NCBI GenBank assembly: GCA_964016885.1
Contig: OZ024740.1
Coordinates: forward strand, 261,764,001 to 261,828,000
Origin: Eledone cirrhosa
Lineage: Eukaryota
Direction of reading: 5' to 3'
Length of the DNA stretch: 64,000 nt
The notes under the pieces were generated by a model that worked only from the letters and a program-made list of their open reading frames with translations, had not been told where the DNA came from and searched no databases. Of the stretch, positions 42,535 through 53,543 are shown piece after piece; position 1 is the first letter of the stretch; each line of letters begins with the position of its first letter. The translations under genes were made by a program, and so were the position numbers.

Positions 42535-43545
42535 TTAGTTTATTTTTTTCCCTCTGTATTTTGTTTTTGGAGGGGGAAGGAAGAGAATTTTTTCTTTTTT
42601 GGTTTCTTTTTTTTTTCCGGATATCGTTTCCCACTCCTCGTCGTCACAATCTGTCTCCAGTTGTGATAGGCCGGGGAGTGGAAAATCCTCCACAGCCGCT
42701 AGTTTTGGTTGTGGTGTGGTGGATGGTGTAGGCGCTGGTGCTAGTTCTGAAGCGTTGGGTGGTGGTGGTGTTGGTTTTGCTGGTGGTGGTAGTGGTGTTG
42801 GTTTTGCTACTGTTGCTGGGGTTGTTGCTGTTATAGTTGCTTCTGTTGTTGCTGCTACAGTTGTTGCTGCCATCTCTGCTACTGGTGGTGTTGATGGTTT
42901 TGTCACTGGGGTGGGTAGGAGAGGTGGCCTCAACCTTTTAGCCTGAGGGCAGAAAGCCCTTAGGTGGGTTCCTTCACCACAAACGACACACCTAGGTCTT
43001 CTGCCCTCGACAATTACCGTGAGGTGGCTGCCGTCAGTGAGGTCTATTACCTCTGGGATCTCCTCAATGCTTTTTTGGTCCGCTTGGATCAGGAGCTCCA
43101 TCCCAGATCCGGACCAGTTTTCCTGCTTTTCTTTTGCTACTGCTATTATTTTCGTGTTGGCTTCGATGCCGGTGAGGACAGCCGCTATTAGCCAGGGAAT
43201 TTCGATGGCCGGTGGAACGTGGGTCACCCTGATCTTTACGAGTCTCTGGCCACAATAGCTTGGGACGAGTGTGAGGTCGTCACTTTTTAATGGGGCCATG
43301 GAGTGTTCTCTAGCCTCCTCTGGTGTTTCAAAGAACACATCCACGGTTCCATACTTTTGCCCACGTCTGATGTGGGTTTTTCTTGCCCACACATGTCCCA
43401 AAGCTTTTTGGATTTGCGACTCGGATGCCCGTTCCACTCGGCGCGATTTTACATTTATTGTTCTATACGACACGGTGCACAGGCGCCGATGCTCCATTTT
43501 ATTAGGTGGGGGGGGGGGGGGGGGTGAGGCTGACCCTGTACCCAT
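42535..43545 (-). pseudogene. Tx1-like ORF1 (gag-like nucleic-acid-binding protein with zinc knuckle and Pro/Thr-rich tail)
   Basis: CVVCGEGTHLRAFC knuckle; frame breaks at a poly-C run and an A10 run. Confidence 0.85.
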
Positions 43546-44279
43546 CTTTTTTTACCATTTGTTTGGCATTTTCTAAATCTTCTTGGGTTACCGTGAACGC
43601 TTCGAATTGTTTTGCTACGATGGCGAAACTGAGGGTCGGTTTTATAATGTCATTGTTGTTGTTGTTGCTATCGTTAATATTAATTTTATTTTCAGTTGTG
43701 GTGGTGGTGACGTCAGTCGTCTTTGGTGGGGAAGAGTCCATTTTGCTTGATTTCATTTCGACGTCACGAGTTAATTTATTTTTTTCTTCTTTTGTTTCTG
43801 TTGTCGCGGTGGCGGTGGTGGTGGTGGTTGTTGCGGTGGTGGTGGTGGTGGAGGGTTTAACACCTGCAGTTATTGGTAATGGCGGGAAATGAATGTCTGC
43901 CTGAGACAAATTTAAAATATTGCTACTGCTTATATTTTTTTTTGTGTTGGCAAACGTAGTAACATTTACAATGGTGGTGTCGGTGTGAGGTGTTATTTTG
44001 TGAGGAAGGCTTTCAGCTGCTTCGTGCGGAGGGGAATTAGCCATTTTTTTCAAAGAAATTTTTGGATAATAATAAAAGTTAAAATTTTGGGCACAAGGCC
44101 CCAATCTTTTTGGGTGTCCTTTTCGGAAAACAATGTATGTGTGCTTATAAACAGTTTACAATAAAATTTTCCATAAATGGCAATTTTTAAACAAGCGGAA
44201 ATAACAAACCTTTGCGGAGCTCACGATAATACGATTTCCTACGTAGGTCGCCAATAATAATAATAATAATAATAATAAT

Positions 44280-47200
44280 GCTCGCAATGCTCACATTAAG
44301 GAACCACTCATGATAATAACAATTTAAAAAAAACAACAAAAAGAAAACCCCGTGACCAAGAAATACCGGGATGGCGGCCGGCGGGGAATAGCCATGTCTC
44401 TAGGGGAGAACGACCCCTCTAGTCTTGGTTGACACTCGTTCTAGAAGTGGTAACACGAAATGATTACCCCTTGGCGGATAAGGATAAAACGCGACAAAAT
44501 AAAGTAGATGTCTAATGATGAAATCTCATACCGGATCGGCCGTCACCCGGGTAAAAAAGGGCCGCGTCCCTCAGAGAGGAACCAGACTGGGGTCGAAAAA
44601 TCAGCTAATGGTTCAAACCTTCCCATCACTTCGGAGCTGGAGACCTCCCATAACCGGAATACTCCTACTGTTGGCCCTCCATGCTCACCACCAAGAAATC
44701 CAAAGAAAAAGAGAGAAAAATGGTCAAGGGAAGATAATAAAGAAGTCCTTGAGGCTTTCTACACTGCCATGTACTACCCATCAAATACATCGAATACAGA
44801 ACAAACATATATCAACTGGAAAAAGAAACATCCCGAAAACAGAGGCTATATTGATAGTAACAAACTAGCCAATATACGAAGAAATATTGTAAGAAAAAAG
44901 TTACTAACTGATATAGAAATTGATCAGATCAAGCTAGTAGCACAAAGTCAGCGAAGGGAAAATGAAGCATGTGTCAGTGAAAACGAGGTAAACTGTAACA
45001 CTTCGAATCCCAGGGTTGGGGCGGAATCACTGGCAACAGAACAAATTAAAGAAAGGAGCGAAAAAGTGGAGGGAGTGCATGCTCAGGATGAAACTCCAAA
45101 TGAAAATAATGAGATCGTAAATGATAAAGAAATGAATGAGAATGAACTTGCCAACTTGAAGGATGAAATTATGATCGAATGGATGAAAATGAAAGAATCT
45201 GACATGGGGGAACGAGACACCCTCCCTAAGATCCAGAACTCCAAACAGAACCAAAAGATAATACACAAGACTAACATAATTCTCAAAAACATTATCATCA
45301 CAAACAAACTAAACATTACTGACTTAAATCATCTCTATTATGCATCGGCTAAAGTCACCACTCACTTATGTGGAGCGAAGATGAAAAAACAAAGGAATTC
45401 CCACAAGAAATCTACTTGGCAAGATAACATCAATCGCCAAATAAACCTTCTCCGATCTGACATAGAAATTTTAACAAACTATAAAGTAGGTGAACATGTT
45501 AAACAAACTAAACTTAGAAAATTGAAAAAAAAGTACAGTATAAGATCAACATGTGACATAGACATGCTGATAGAAACAATCAAGCAAAAAGTGTCGGCCA
45601 AAGCTGCTCGTATAAGGCGCTTTGAAAAACGATCTAGATTCTATAAGGACAATAATATGTTCAAAAACAACCAAAGAAACTTCTACAGAAAAATTGGTAA
45701 GTCAACAATAACTGCTAAATCAATACCACCCAAGGAGGAAGTGCAAGAATTCTGGGAAAAGATCTGGGCCGAAGAAAAAGTTCATAACATACATGCCCCA
45801 TGGATAGACAGACAAATGAAAGAAACAGCTCACCTTGAAGAACAAACATGGGAAAATATAACAGTTGAACAGCTGCGCTTGGCTCTAAGAAAAACCAGCA
45901 AATGGAAATCCCCAGGAAAAGACAAAATACAAAACTTTTGGATAAATGCCTTCACAGAGTCTCATGAGCTGTTAGCCCAACTTTACAATGAAATAGTTAA
46001 GGAGCCAGAAAAGATACCATCATGGCTAGTTAACGGCATTACATTCCTGCTACCGAAGAATGATGAAACAAACAATCCCAAAAATTACAGACCGATAACC
46101 TGCTTGACCACAATGTATAAAATTTTAACATCAGTCCTAACTGAATACACATATGACCACCTGATAACAAATGACCTATTTCCCATTGAGCAGAAAGGGT
46201 GTAAACGAGGCTCATATGGCTGTAAGGATCAGCTTCTGGTTAACAAAATGATACTGGAAGATTGTCATAATAGACACAAAAATCTATCGATTGCTTGGAT
46301 AGATTATAAAAAAGCATTTGATAGTTTGCCACACAGTTGGATTGAAAAATGTTTAGAGATTTTCAAAATATCCCCCGTTGTCAGGAGGTTTTTGTCATTC
46401 AGTATGAGGACATGGAGAACGACACTCCTTTTGAATAGTGAAACAAAATCACTGGAAGCTGGAGAAGTTAACATTAATTGTGGAATTTTTCAGGGTGACT
46501 CTTTATCACCGCTTTTATTCTGCATCACACTTATACCATTAAGTAAAATGCTCAATGAAACAAAACATGGATATAGAGTCTATGACAAAACCATTAATCA
46601 CCTGTTCTACATGGATGACCTGAAACTATTTGCAAAAAATGATGAACAATTGCAAGGGCTATTATCCACTGTGAAGCAGTTCAGTGATGACATTAAAATG
46701 GAGTTTGGACTGGATAAATGCGCCAAAGCAACGTTCACCAGAGGAAAGCTGCTGAAGAGTTCAGACATTAATCTTGATCGGGGGAACGTGATAAGAGAGC
46801 TTGATCAAGAACAGACTTACAAATATCTAGGTGTTTGTGAAGGAGACGGAATCAAGCACTCGACAATGAGGGAAAGGATAAGGAAGGAATGTTACCGCAG
46901 AGTCAGAGCAATCTTAAGAACGGAATTGAATGCAAGGAATAGGATCGATGCCATAAATACGCTTGCCATACCAGTAGTAACCTACAGTTACAATGTCATC
47001 AACTGGTCAAGCACAGAGATCCGTAGGCTCGATACAAAAATCCGAAAATTCTTAACCATGCACAGAATGCATCACCCTAAGGCAGATATAGATAGAATAT
47101 ATCTCCCTAGTAAAGAAGGAGGACGCGGGTTAATACAGTTAGACATTGCGTTGAAAACTGCAACACTTGGATTATCCACATATCTAAGGGAATCACATGA

Positions 47201-48298
47201 TTGGATGATCAAACTCGTTTTGAAACACGAAAGCACGAAAAGATCATACTCCATTACAAAAGATGCACAAAGATACAGTAATGGACTACAAATTTCAGAA
47301 GTCCCATTTACTGCTGAAATGGAAAACACAGAAAAAGCAAAGCAGGTAAAAGTAACTGCAAAGAAAGAACTGCTACAGAAACTGGCTAAGAAATGGCAAG
47401 AAAAGCCTCTGTATGGAAAATACCCAGAGCGAGCTAACAATCCTGATGTTGACAAAACTTTAACCCATCAGTGGTTGGCATCCTCTGGACTGAAATCGGA
47501 GACCGAAGGACTGATTATATCCGCACAAGATCAGTGTCTGCCAATAAAAAATTACCAAGCCAACATAATAAAAAATGGGTGCAGTCCATTATGCCGTGTA
47601 TGCAAAAAACAACCAGAGACCATTGACCATATAATTTCAATGTGCAGTCCTATAGCTCCAACCGAATACCTAAACAGGCATGACAGAGCTGCACAATACA
47701 TACATTGGATAATGTGTAAGCATTTTGACCTTCCCCATCAAAAGAATTGGTGGGAACATCAACCACCTCCCATACTTGAAAAAGATCACATCTCAATCTT
47801 GTGGAACTTTAGCATCCAAACAGACCGAAAAATAGATGCAAATAGACCTGATATAATATTGAAGGACTTTCAAAGGAGGGTATGCCTGCTAATTGATATG
47901 TCTGTTCCAATAGACAAGAATGTATCTATAAAAACATTTGAAAAATTGAGCAAGTATAAGGACCTGGAGATAGAAATTGGAAAAATGTGGAAATTGAGAA
48001 CTAAAACAATACCAGTGGTTGTAGGCGCTCTGGGAATGATACCTAAGGGGTCTAACGACTACTTATCGCAAATCCCAGGAAACGCGTGTATAGGAGAAAT
48101 ACAAAATATAGTACTAATGGGAACTGCCCATATACTAAGGAAGATCCTGTCAATATAAGTACATCACAAGTCTAAACACTAAGGATGCATGTGTGAATAT
48201 GTATGTTCTTTCTTGAACATGGCGGACCTTGTTGTCTCTTGAGGTCACTGGTTGTGACTTGGTGATAACTTGTATAAACATAAAGCAAGATAAATGCA
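44280..48298 (+). mobile_element. R4/Dong-like RLE non-LTR retrotransposon family B, apparently intact
   Basis: (AAT)n at 44253-44279 and 48299-48347; single long ORF; ~140 nt 3'UTR. Confidence 0.95.
44508..48158 (+). CDS. Reverse transcriptase / restriction-like endonuclease polyprotein (1216 aa), R4 clade
   Basis: Myb-like REKWSREDN; KSPGKD, NYRPITCL, WIDYKKAFD, QGDSLSP, YMDD; CRVC..H..C; RHD; RPDII..IDMS..EKLSKY. No stops. Confidence 0.96.
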   Translation: MSNDEISYRIGRHPGKKGPRPSERNQTGVEKSANGSNLPITSELETSHNRNTPTVGPPCSPPRNPKKKREKWSREDNKEVLEAFYTAMYYPSNTSNTEQTYINWKKKHPENRGYIDSNKLANIRRNIVRKKLLTDIEIDQIKLVAQSQRRENEACVSENEVNCNTSNPRVGAESLATEQIKERSEKVEGVHAQDETPNENNEIVNDKEMNENELANLKDEIMIEWMKMKESDMGERDTLPKIQNSKQNQKIIHKTNIILKNIIITNKLNITDLNHLYYASAKVTTHLCGAKMKKQRNSHKKSTWQDNINRQINLLRSDIEILTNYKVGEHVKQTKLRKLKKKYSIRSTCDIDMLIETIKQKVSAKAARIRRFEKRSRFYKDNNMFKNNQRNFYRKIGKSTITAKSIPPKEEVQEFWEKIWAEEKVHNIHAPWIDRQMKETAHLEEQTWENITVEQLRLALRKTSKWKSPGKDKIQNFWINAFTESHELLAQLYNEIVKEPEKIPSWLVNGITFLLPKNDETNNPKNYRPITCLTTMYKILTSVLTEYTYDHLITNDLFPIEQKGCKRGSYGCKDQLLVNKMILEDCHNRHKNLSIAWIDYKKAFDSLPHSWIEKCLEIFKISPVVRRFLSFSMRTWRTTLLLNSETKSLEAGEVNINCGIFQGDSLSPLLFCITLIPLSKMLNETKHGYRVYDKTINHLFYMDDLKLFAKNDEQLQGLLSTVKQFSDDIKMEFGLDKCAKATFTRGKLLKSSDINLDRGNVIRELDQEQTYKYLGVCEGDGIKHSTMRERIRKECYRRVRAILRTELNARNRIDAINTLAIPVVTYSYNVINWSSTEIRRLDTKIRKFLTMHRMHHPKADIDRIYLPSKEGGRGLIQLDIALKTATLGLSTYLRESHDWMIKLVLKHESTKRSYSITKDAQRYSNGLQISEVPFTAEMENTEKAKQVKVTAKKELLQKLAKKWQEKPLYGKYPERANNPDVDKTLTHQWLASSGLKSETEGLIISAQDQCLPIKNYQANIIKNGCSPLCRVCKKQPETIDHIISMCSPIAPTEYLNRHDRAAQYIHWIMCKHFDLPHQKNWWEHQPPPILEKDHISILWNFSIQTDRKIDANRPDIILKDFQRRVCLLIDMSVPIDKNVSIKTFEKLSKYKDLEIEIGKMWKLRTKTIPVVVGALGMIPKGSNDYLSQIPGNACIGEIQNIVLMGTAHILRKILSI

Positions 48299-48349
<51 letters not shown>

Positions 48350-48350
48350 A

Positions 48351-51300
48351 GGGAAGATACGCACATGGTGGATAGGGTATTATGGAATCGCTCCCGTAAG
48401 TTTTTGATTTTTTACATATTTAAAACAATTGTGATAGAATAATTCTTATTACAAATGAAACGTAAGATATCAGTTTTTACTCTCAGGAAGTGGCAACGCA
48501 TCACATTACGGCATAGGGCTCCAATATGTAATATTTAATTTAATATTTAATTTTGTACCAGAAATCTTATAGTCAGAAAAGAAAATGGCTAGAAAATAAC
48601 AGCCAAATAACTTCACCACCAGCACCACCACCACCGCCGCCGCCACCATCACCATCACCACTACCACAAAAAATCTAGCCAAATACAGACCAGCACCATC
48701 CCTATGGCGCTGCTGTACCATCACCACCGCCGCCGCTGCATCGTCGCTGCCGCCACTGTTCCCTCACTGCTTGAGAGAGGGCTGGTGATGCCGCTACACA
48801 TGAAGGGAAGCGAGGAAGGTATCAAAAGATATAAATAGACTGGGTTAATGACTCGGTCAAACAGCTAACAACAACAACAACACCAAAATAATTATGTTGT
48901 TGTATCTTTAAACTCTCTCAAAATGTTTAGTTTAAACGATGTCAAATCTAAACTATAATATAATAATAATAATTGTTTTTATAGTCAGAAAAGAAAATGG
49001 CTAGAAAACAACAACCAAATAACCTCACCGCCAACACCACCGCCGCCGCTCCCCTGTTTGCTGAAAATTTAAAGTAAGTGAGTCTGTCACTACTCTAAAA
49101 CAATAGCATAAGGTCTTCGAAATGCTTTTAATTAAGCATACAGTGTATTGTAAAATATACTATATATACATTCATATATATATCTATATCTATTTCAGAG
49201 CGCCAATTCTAATTTTCAATTTCTGTTTGAGCGGCAACCGCTCTGTATAATCAGTTCCTGATTATTACTAGAAATTCTATAAGAATCAAACATTCATGAT
49301 TTTCAGCAAACAGGTGGAGTACTTGGCTTTGATAAGTACCAATCAGTACGAAACATAGCTCCGTCAGCTTTATCTCCCCTGTTTGCTGAAAATTTAAAGT
49401 AAGTGAGTCTGTCACAACTCTAAAACAATAGAGATGAAATCACCGGTAGTTATGTAACCATACATTCACCAATCCTCGATATGAGTGCTTAAATGTCGAA
49501 CCTAAACAGTTCGAATTACGGTGAAGTGGAGACTGGAATGTCATGTGACAGACTCTCACCCAGCAGGTGCTCCCTGGCCCAGCAGCAGGGACCTGGCTGT
49601 CATCCAATTACTGCTGGTGTTGGAGGAAGAAGAAGGAAAGGGACCAGAACCAACTGGACGAAATAATTGAATAGAGCTGTTATTCAATGTTACCTGAAGA
49701 GTAACCCCAAAGAAAAAGGCTATAGGAAACGGATGCATAACATCTGGAACGAGATTGGTCTATTTAAATTAGATGAACAAAAATTGGCCGGGAAGGCTCG
49801 GGTAATAAGAACTAATGGGTGGATAAGCGAGCTGGAACTGGAGGAACTGAGCAGAGAGATTAGGTTGGAAATGGAGAGTGGAGTAATGCCAGGCAAACGA
49901 GCCAGTGGGAAATGAAGGTGAAGATGTTGAGAGAACAGAGGAACCATCTGAATGCTGAAATAAATAATACCTGGAACAAAGATACGGCTATTGAGGAAAT
50001 GAATGCTGACGGGCTAGGACCAGATTTTGTTGATATCCTAACCTTAGTGGTAGATGAAATGAACAATGTTAGTGGGAAACCTATGAACCTAAGATTTGTA
50101 GACAGGAAAAAATTAAAGGAAACAACAGCTAAGGTAAACTAAGTCATCCCACACCTTGAGGCGAGGAGCCTTCACGAGTGCAAAAATATCCTCAAAGCAA
50201 CAGCAAATGCGGTGAGGAAATTACTTGGCATAAAAGCGAGAGGAAACAACAAACAAGAAAGACCAGAACCTTGGTGGAGGAAACGACTGAATGGTCAAAT
50301 CAAGGAAATGAGAAATGACATTGGAAAGTTTGAGTCCCTACTGAATGGGACACTAAAAAACATAGACACTAAAAATAGACTGGAAATAAAGTACAAAACT
50401 AGGAGGAAAAAGCTAAATATTATCATAGAGGAACTGAAGGAACGCATTGTAGCAAAGAGTGCAAAGATTAGGCGATACGAGAGCAGAGTCAGTATAGACA
50501 GAACCGCATGTTTGACAACAACCAGAAGATGTTGTTTGGACAGCTTGAAGGGAAAGAAAGAGGCAACGACTTGATCCCTGAGGCGGAACAAACTAAGACA
50601 TTCTGGAGAGGAATATGGGAGCAGGATGTTACACATAATGACCAAGCAGTGTGGATTGAGACAGTACAAAAGGAGATTAGTGAACAGGCACACCAACAAA
50701 CTGATTTGAGTATCACAGTTGAAACTCTTAAGGGGCAGGCCAAAAAACTAACCAAATGGAAATCACCAGGCTCAGATGGTGTGCAGGGGTACTGGATTAA
50801 AAATATAACATGCCTCCACCCGAAACTGACAACCATGTTCAATGACTGCTTGATGTCAGGTGAGGTACCAGAGTGGTTGACAAAAGGTACCACAGTTCTG
50901 GTAATGAAAGACCGAATCAAGGGTAATGATGTTACGAACTATAGACCTATCACATGTCTGTCCGTAATGTGGAAACTGTTAACAAGCATTGTGTCTGAGG
51001 AAATCTATCATCACCTCCACATAAACAACTTGTTACCGGACGAACAGAAAGGATGCTGAAAGAAGACTCGTGGTACAAAGGACCAGTTACTTATTGATAA
51101 TATGGTAATGAGGAATTGCAAGAGGAGACACACTGGTCTTGCCATGGGATGGATAGATTACAAAAAGGCTTTTGACATGTACCGCATTCTTGGATAACCA
51201 AAGGCCTAGAGATCTTCAAGGTGGCAGATAACATCAGACAGTTGTTGAGCAAAAGTATGAAGTCCTGGGAAACAGAGTTAACATCGGGTGGAGAATTCTT

Positions 51301-51522
51301 GGGAGGCGTGAAGATCAAGAGAGGTATCTTCCAGGGAGATAGTTTGTCCCCTCTTCTGTTTGTCCTTGCCCTGATACCCCTGACCGTTATATTGCGAAAA
51401 GTGAGATCAGGATACAAGTTGGGAAAAGGAGAGCTTACCATCAACCACCTCGTCTTCATGGACGATCTTAAACTCTTTGGGAAAAGTGAGAGGGAGTTGT
51501 ACTTGTTGACACTGTCCGTATT
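48351..51522 (+). mobile_element. Older, diverged family A copy; 5'UTR rearranged, 3'-truncated
   Basis: Starts GGGAAGATACGCAC like the other A copies. ORF pieces 49667-51529 are homologous to 34871-36870. UTR segment duplicated (48569/48981) around a short (TAA)n. Confidence 0.88.
49049..49431 (+). mobile_element. Retrozyme-like ~325 bp monomer with 58 bp terminal redundancy and degenerate HHR, inserted in a LINE 5'UTR
   Basis: ctcccctgtttgctgaaaat..aaacaatag at 49049 and 49374. GGCT-TTGATAA-GTAC CAATCA GTAC-GAAA-C..G-TC-AGCT at 49325-49369. Homologous to 21783-22350. Confidence 0.8.
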
Positions 51523-53384
51523 CAGTTAGGACTGATGTTAAAATTTTATACATTGTGGTCAAGCAGGTTATCGGTCTGTAATTTTTGGGATTGTTTGTTT
51601 CATCATTCTTCGGTAGCAGGAATGTAATGCCGTTAACTAGCCATGATGGTATCTTTTCTGGCTCCTTAACTATTTCATTGTAAAGTTGGGCTAACAGCTC
51701 ATGAGACTCTGTGAAGGCATTTATCCAAAAGTTTTGTATTTTGTCTTTTCCTGGGGATTTCCATTTGCTGGTTTTTCTTAGAGCCAAGCGCAGCTGTTCA
51801 ACTGTTATATTTTCCCATGTTTGTTCTTCAAGGTGAGCTGTTTCTTTCATTTGTCTGTCTATCCATGGGGCATGTATGTTATGAACTTTTTCTTCGGCCC
51901 AGATCTTTTCCCAGAATTCTTGCACTTCCTCCTTGGGTGGTATTGATTTAGCAGTTATTGTTGACTTACCAATTTTTCTGTAGAAGTTTCTTTGGTTGTT
52001 TTTGAACATATTATTGTCCTTATAGAATCTAGATCGTTTTTCAAAGCGCCTTATACGAGCAGCTTTGGCCGACACTTTTTGCTTGATTGTTTCTATCAGC
52101 ATGTCTATGTCACATGTTGATCTTATACTGTACTTTTTTTTCAATTTTCTAAGTTTAGTTTGTTTAACATGTTCACCTACTTTATAGTTTGTTAACATTT
52201 CTATGTCAGATCGGAGAAGGTTTATTTGGCGATTGATGTTATCTTGCCAAGTAGATTTCTTGTGGGAATTCCTTTGTTTTTTCATCTTCGCTCCACATAA
52301 GTGAGTGGTGACTTTAGCCGATGCATAATAGAGATGATTTAAGTCAGTAATGTTTAGTTTGTTTGTGATGATAATGTTTTTGAGAATTATGTTAGTCTTG
52401 TGTATTATCTTTTGGTTCTGTTTGGAGTTCTGGATCTTAGGGAGGGTGTCTCGTTCCCCCATGTCAGATTCTTTCATTTTCATCCATTCGATCATAATTT
52501 CATCCTTCAAGTTGGCAAGTTCATTCTCATTCATTTCTTTATCATTTACGATCTCATTATTTTCATTTGGAGTTTCATCCTGAGCATGCACTCCCTCCAC
52601 TTTTTCGCTCCTTTCTTTAATTTGTTCTGTTGCCAGTGATTCCGCCCCAACCCTGGGATTCGAAGTGTTACAGTTTACCTCGTTTTCACTGACACATGCT
52701 TCATTTTCCCTTCGCTGACTTTGTGCTACTAGCTTGATCTGATCAATTTCTATATCAGTTAGTAACTTTTTTCTTACAATATTTCTTCGTATATTGGCTA
52801 GTTTGTTACTATCAATATAGCCTCTGTTTTCGGGGTGTTTCTTTTTCCAGTTGATATATGTTTGTTCTGTATTCAATGTATTTGATGGGTAGTACATGGC
52901 AGTGTAGAAAGCCTCAAGGACTTCTTTATTATCTTCCCTTGACCATTTTTCTCTCTTTTTCTTTGGATTTCTTGGTGGTGAGCATGGAGGGCCAACAGTA
53001 GGAGTATTCCGGTTATGGGAGGTCTCCAGCTCCGAAGTGATGGGAAGGTTTGAACCATTAGCTGATTTTTCGACCCCAGTCTGGTTCCTCTCTGAGGGAC
53101 GCGGCCCTTTTTTACCCGGGTGACGGCCGATCCGGTATGAGATTTCATCATTAGACATCTACTTTATTTTGTCGCGTTTTATCCTTATCCGCCAAGGGGT
53201 AATCATTTCGTGTTACCACTTCTAGAACGAGTGTCAACCAAGACTAGAGGGGTCGTTCTCCCCTAGAGACATGGCTATTCCCCGCCGGCCGCCATCCCGG
53301 TATTTCTTGGTCACGGGGTTTTCTTTTTGTTGTTTTTTTTAAAATTGTTATTATCATGAGTGGTTCCTTAATGTGAGCATTGCG
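51518..53384 (-). mobile_element. Family B copy 2 (5' half, 3'-truncated), nearly identical to 44283-46150
   Basis: ORF 53158 to ~51520 matches the 1216 aa protein except two visible residues (S/L, I/M). Confidence 0.95.
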
Positions 53385-53488
53385 TGGCTTAAGAATGAAA
53401 TTATTAATAATTGTCTCCACTCCAGGCACAAGGCCAGCAATCACCCAGTGCATTACAATGATATAATATACTTTTTGTTGTAGTTGGC

Positions 53489-53543
<55 letters not shown>

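Larger units (their letters stand above)
38371..44252 (-). mobile_element. Full-length Tx1-like element, copy 2
   Basis: ORF1 pieces 44104-42125 with CX2CX4HX4C knuckle (CVVCGEGTHLRAFC). ORF2 42014-38615 has a 19 bp deletion near 41735 and a nonsense codon at 39151. (TTA)n flanks. Confidence 0.95.

Noticed and set aside
51407-53158. 583 aa ORF as a novel chimeric protein
   Set aside because: It is a truncated family B ORF reading ~35 codons into the antisense of family A across a deletion junction.
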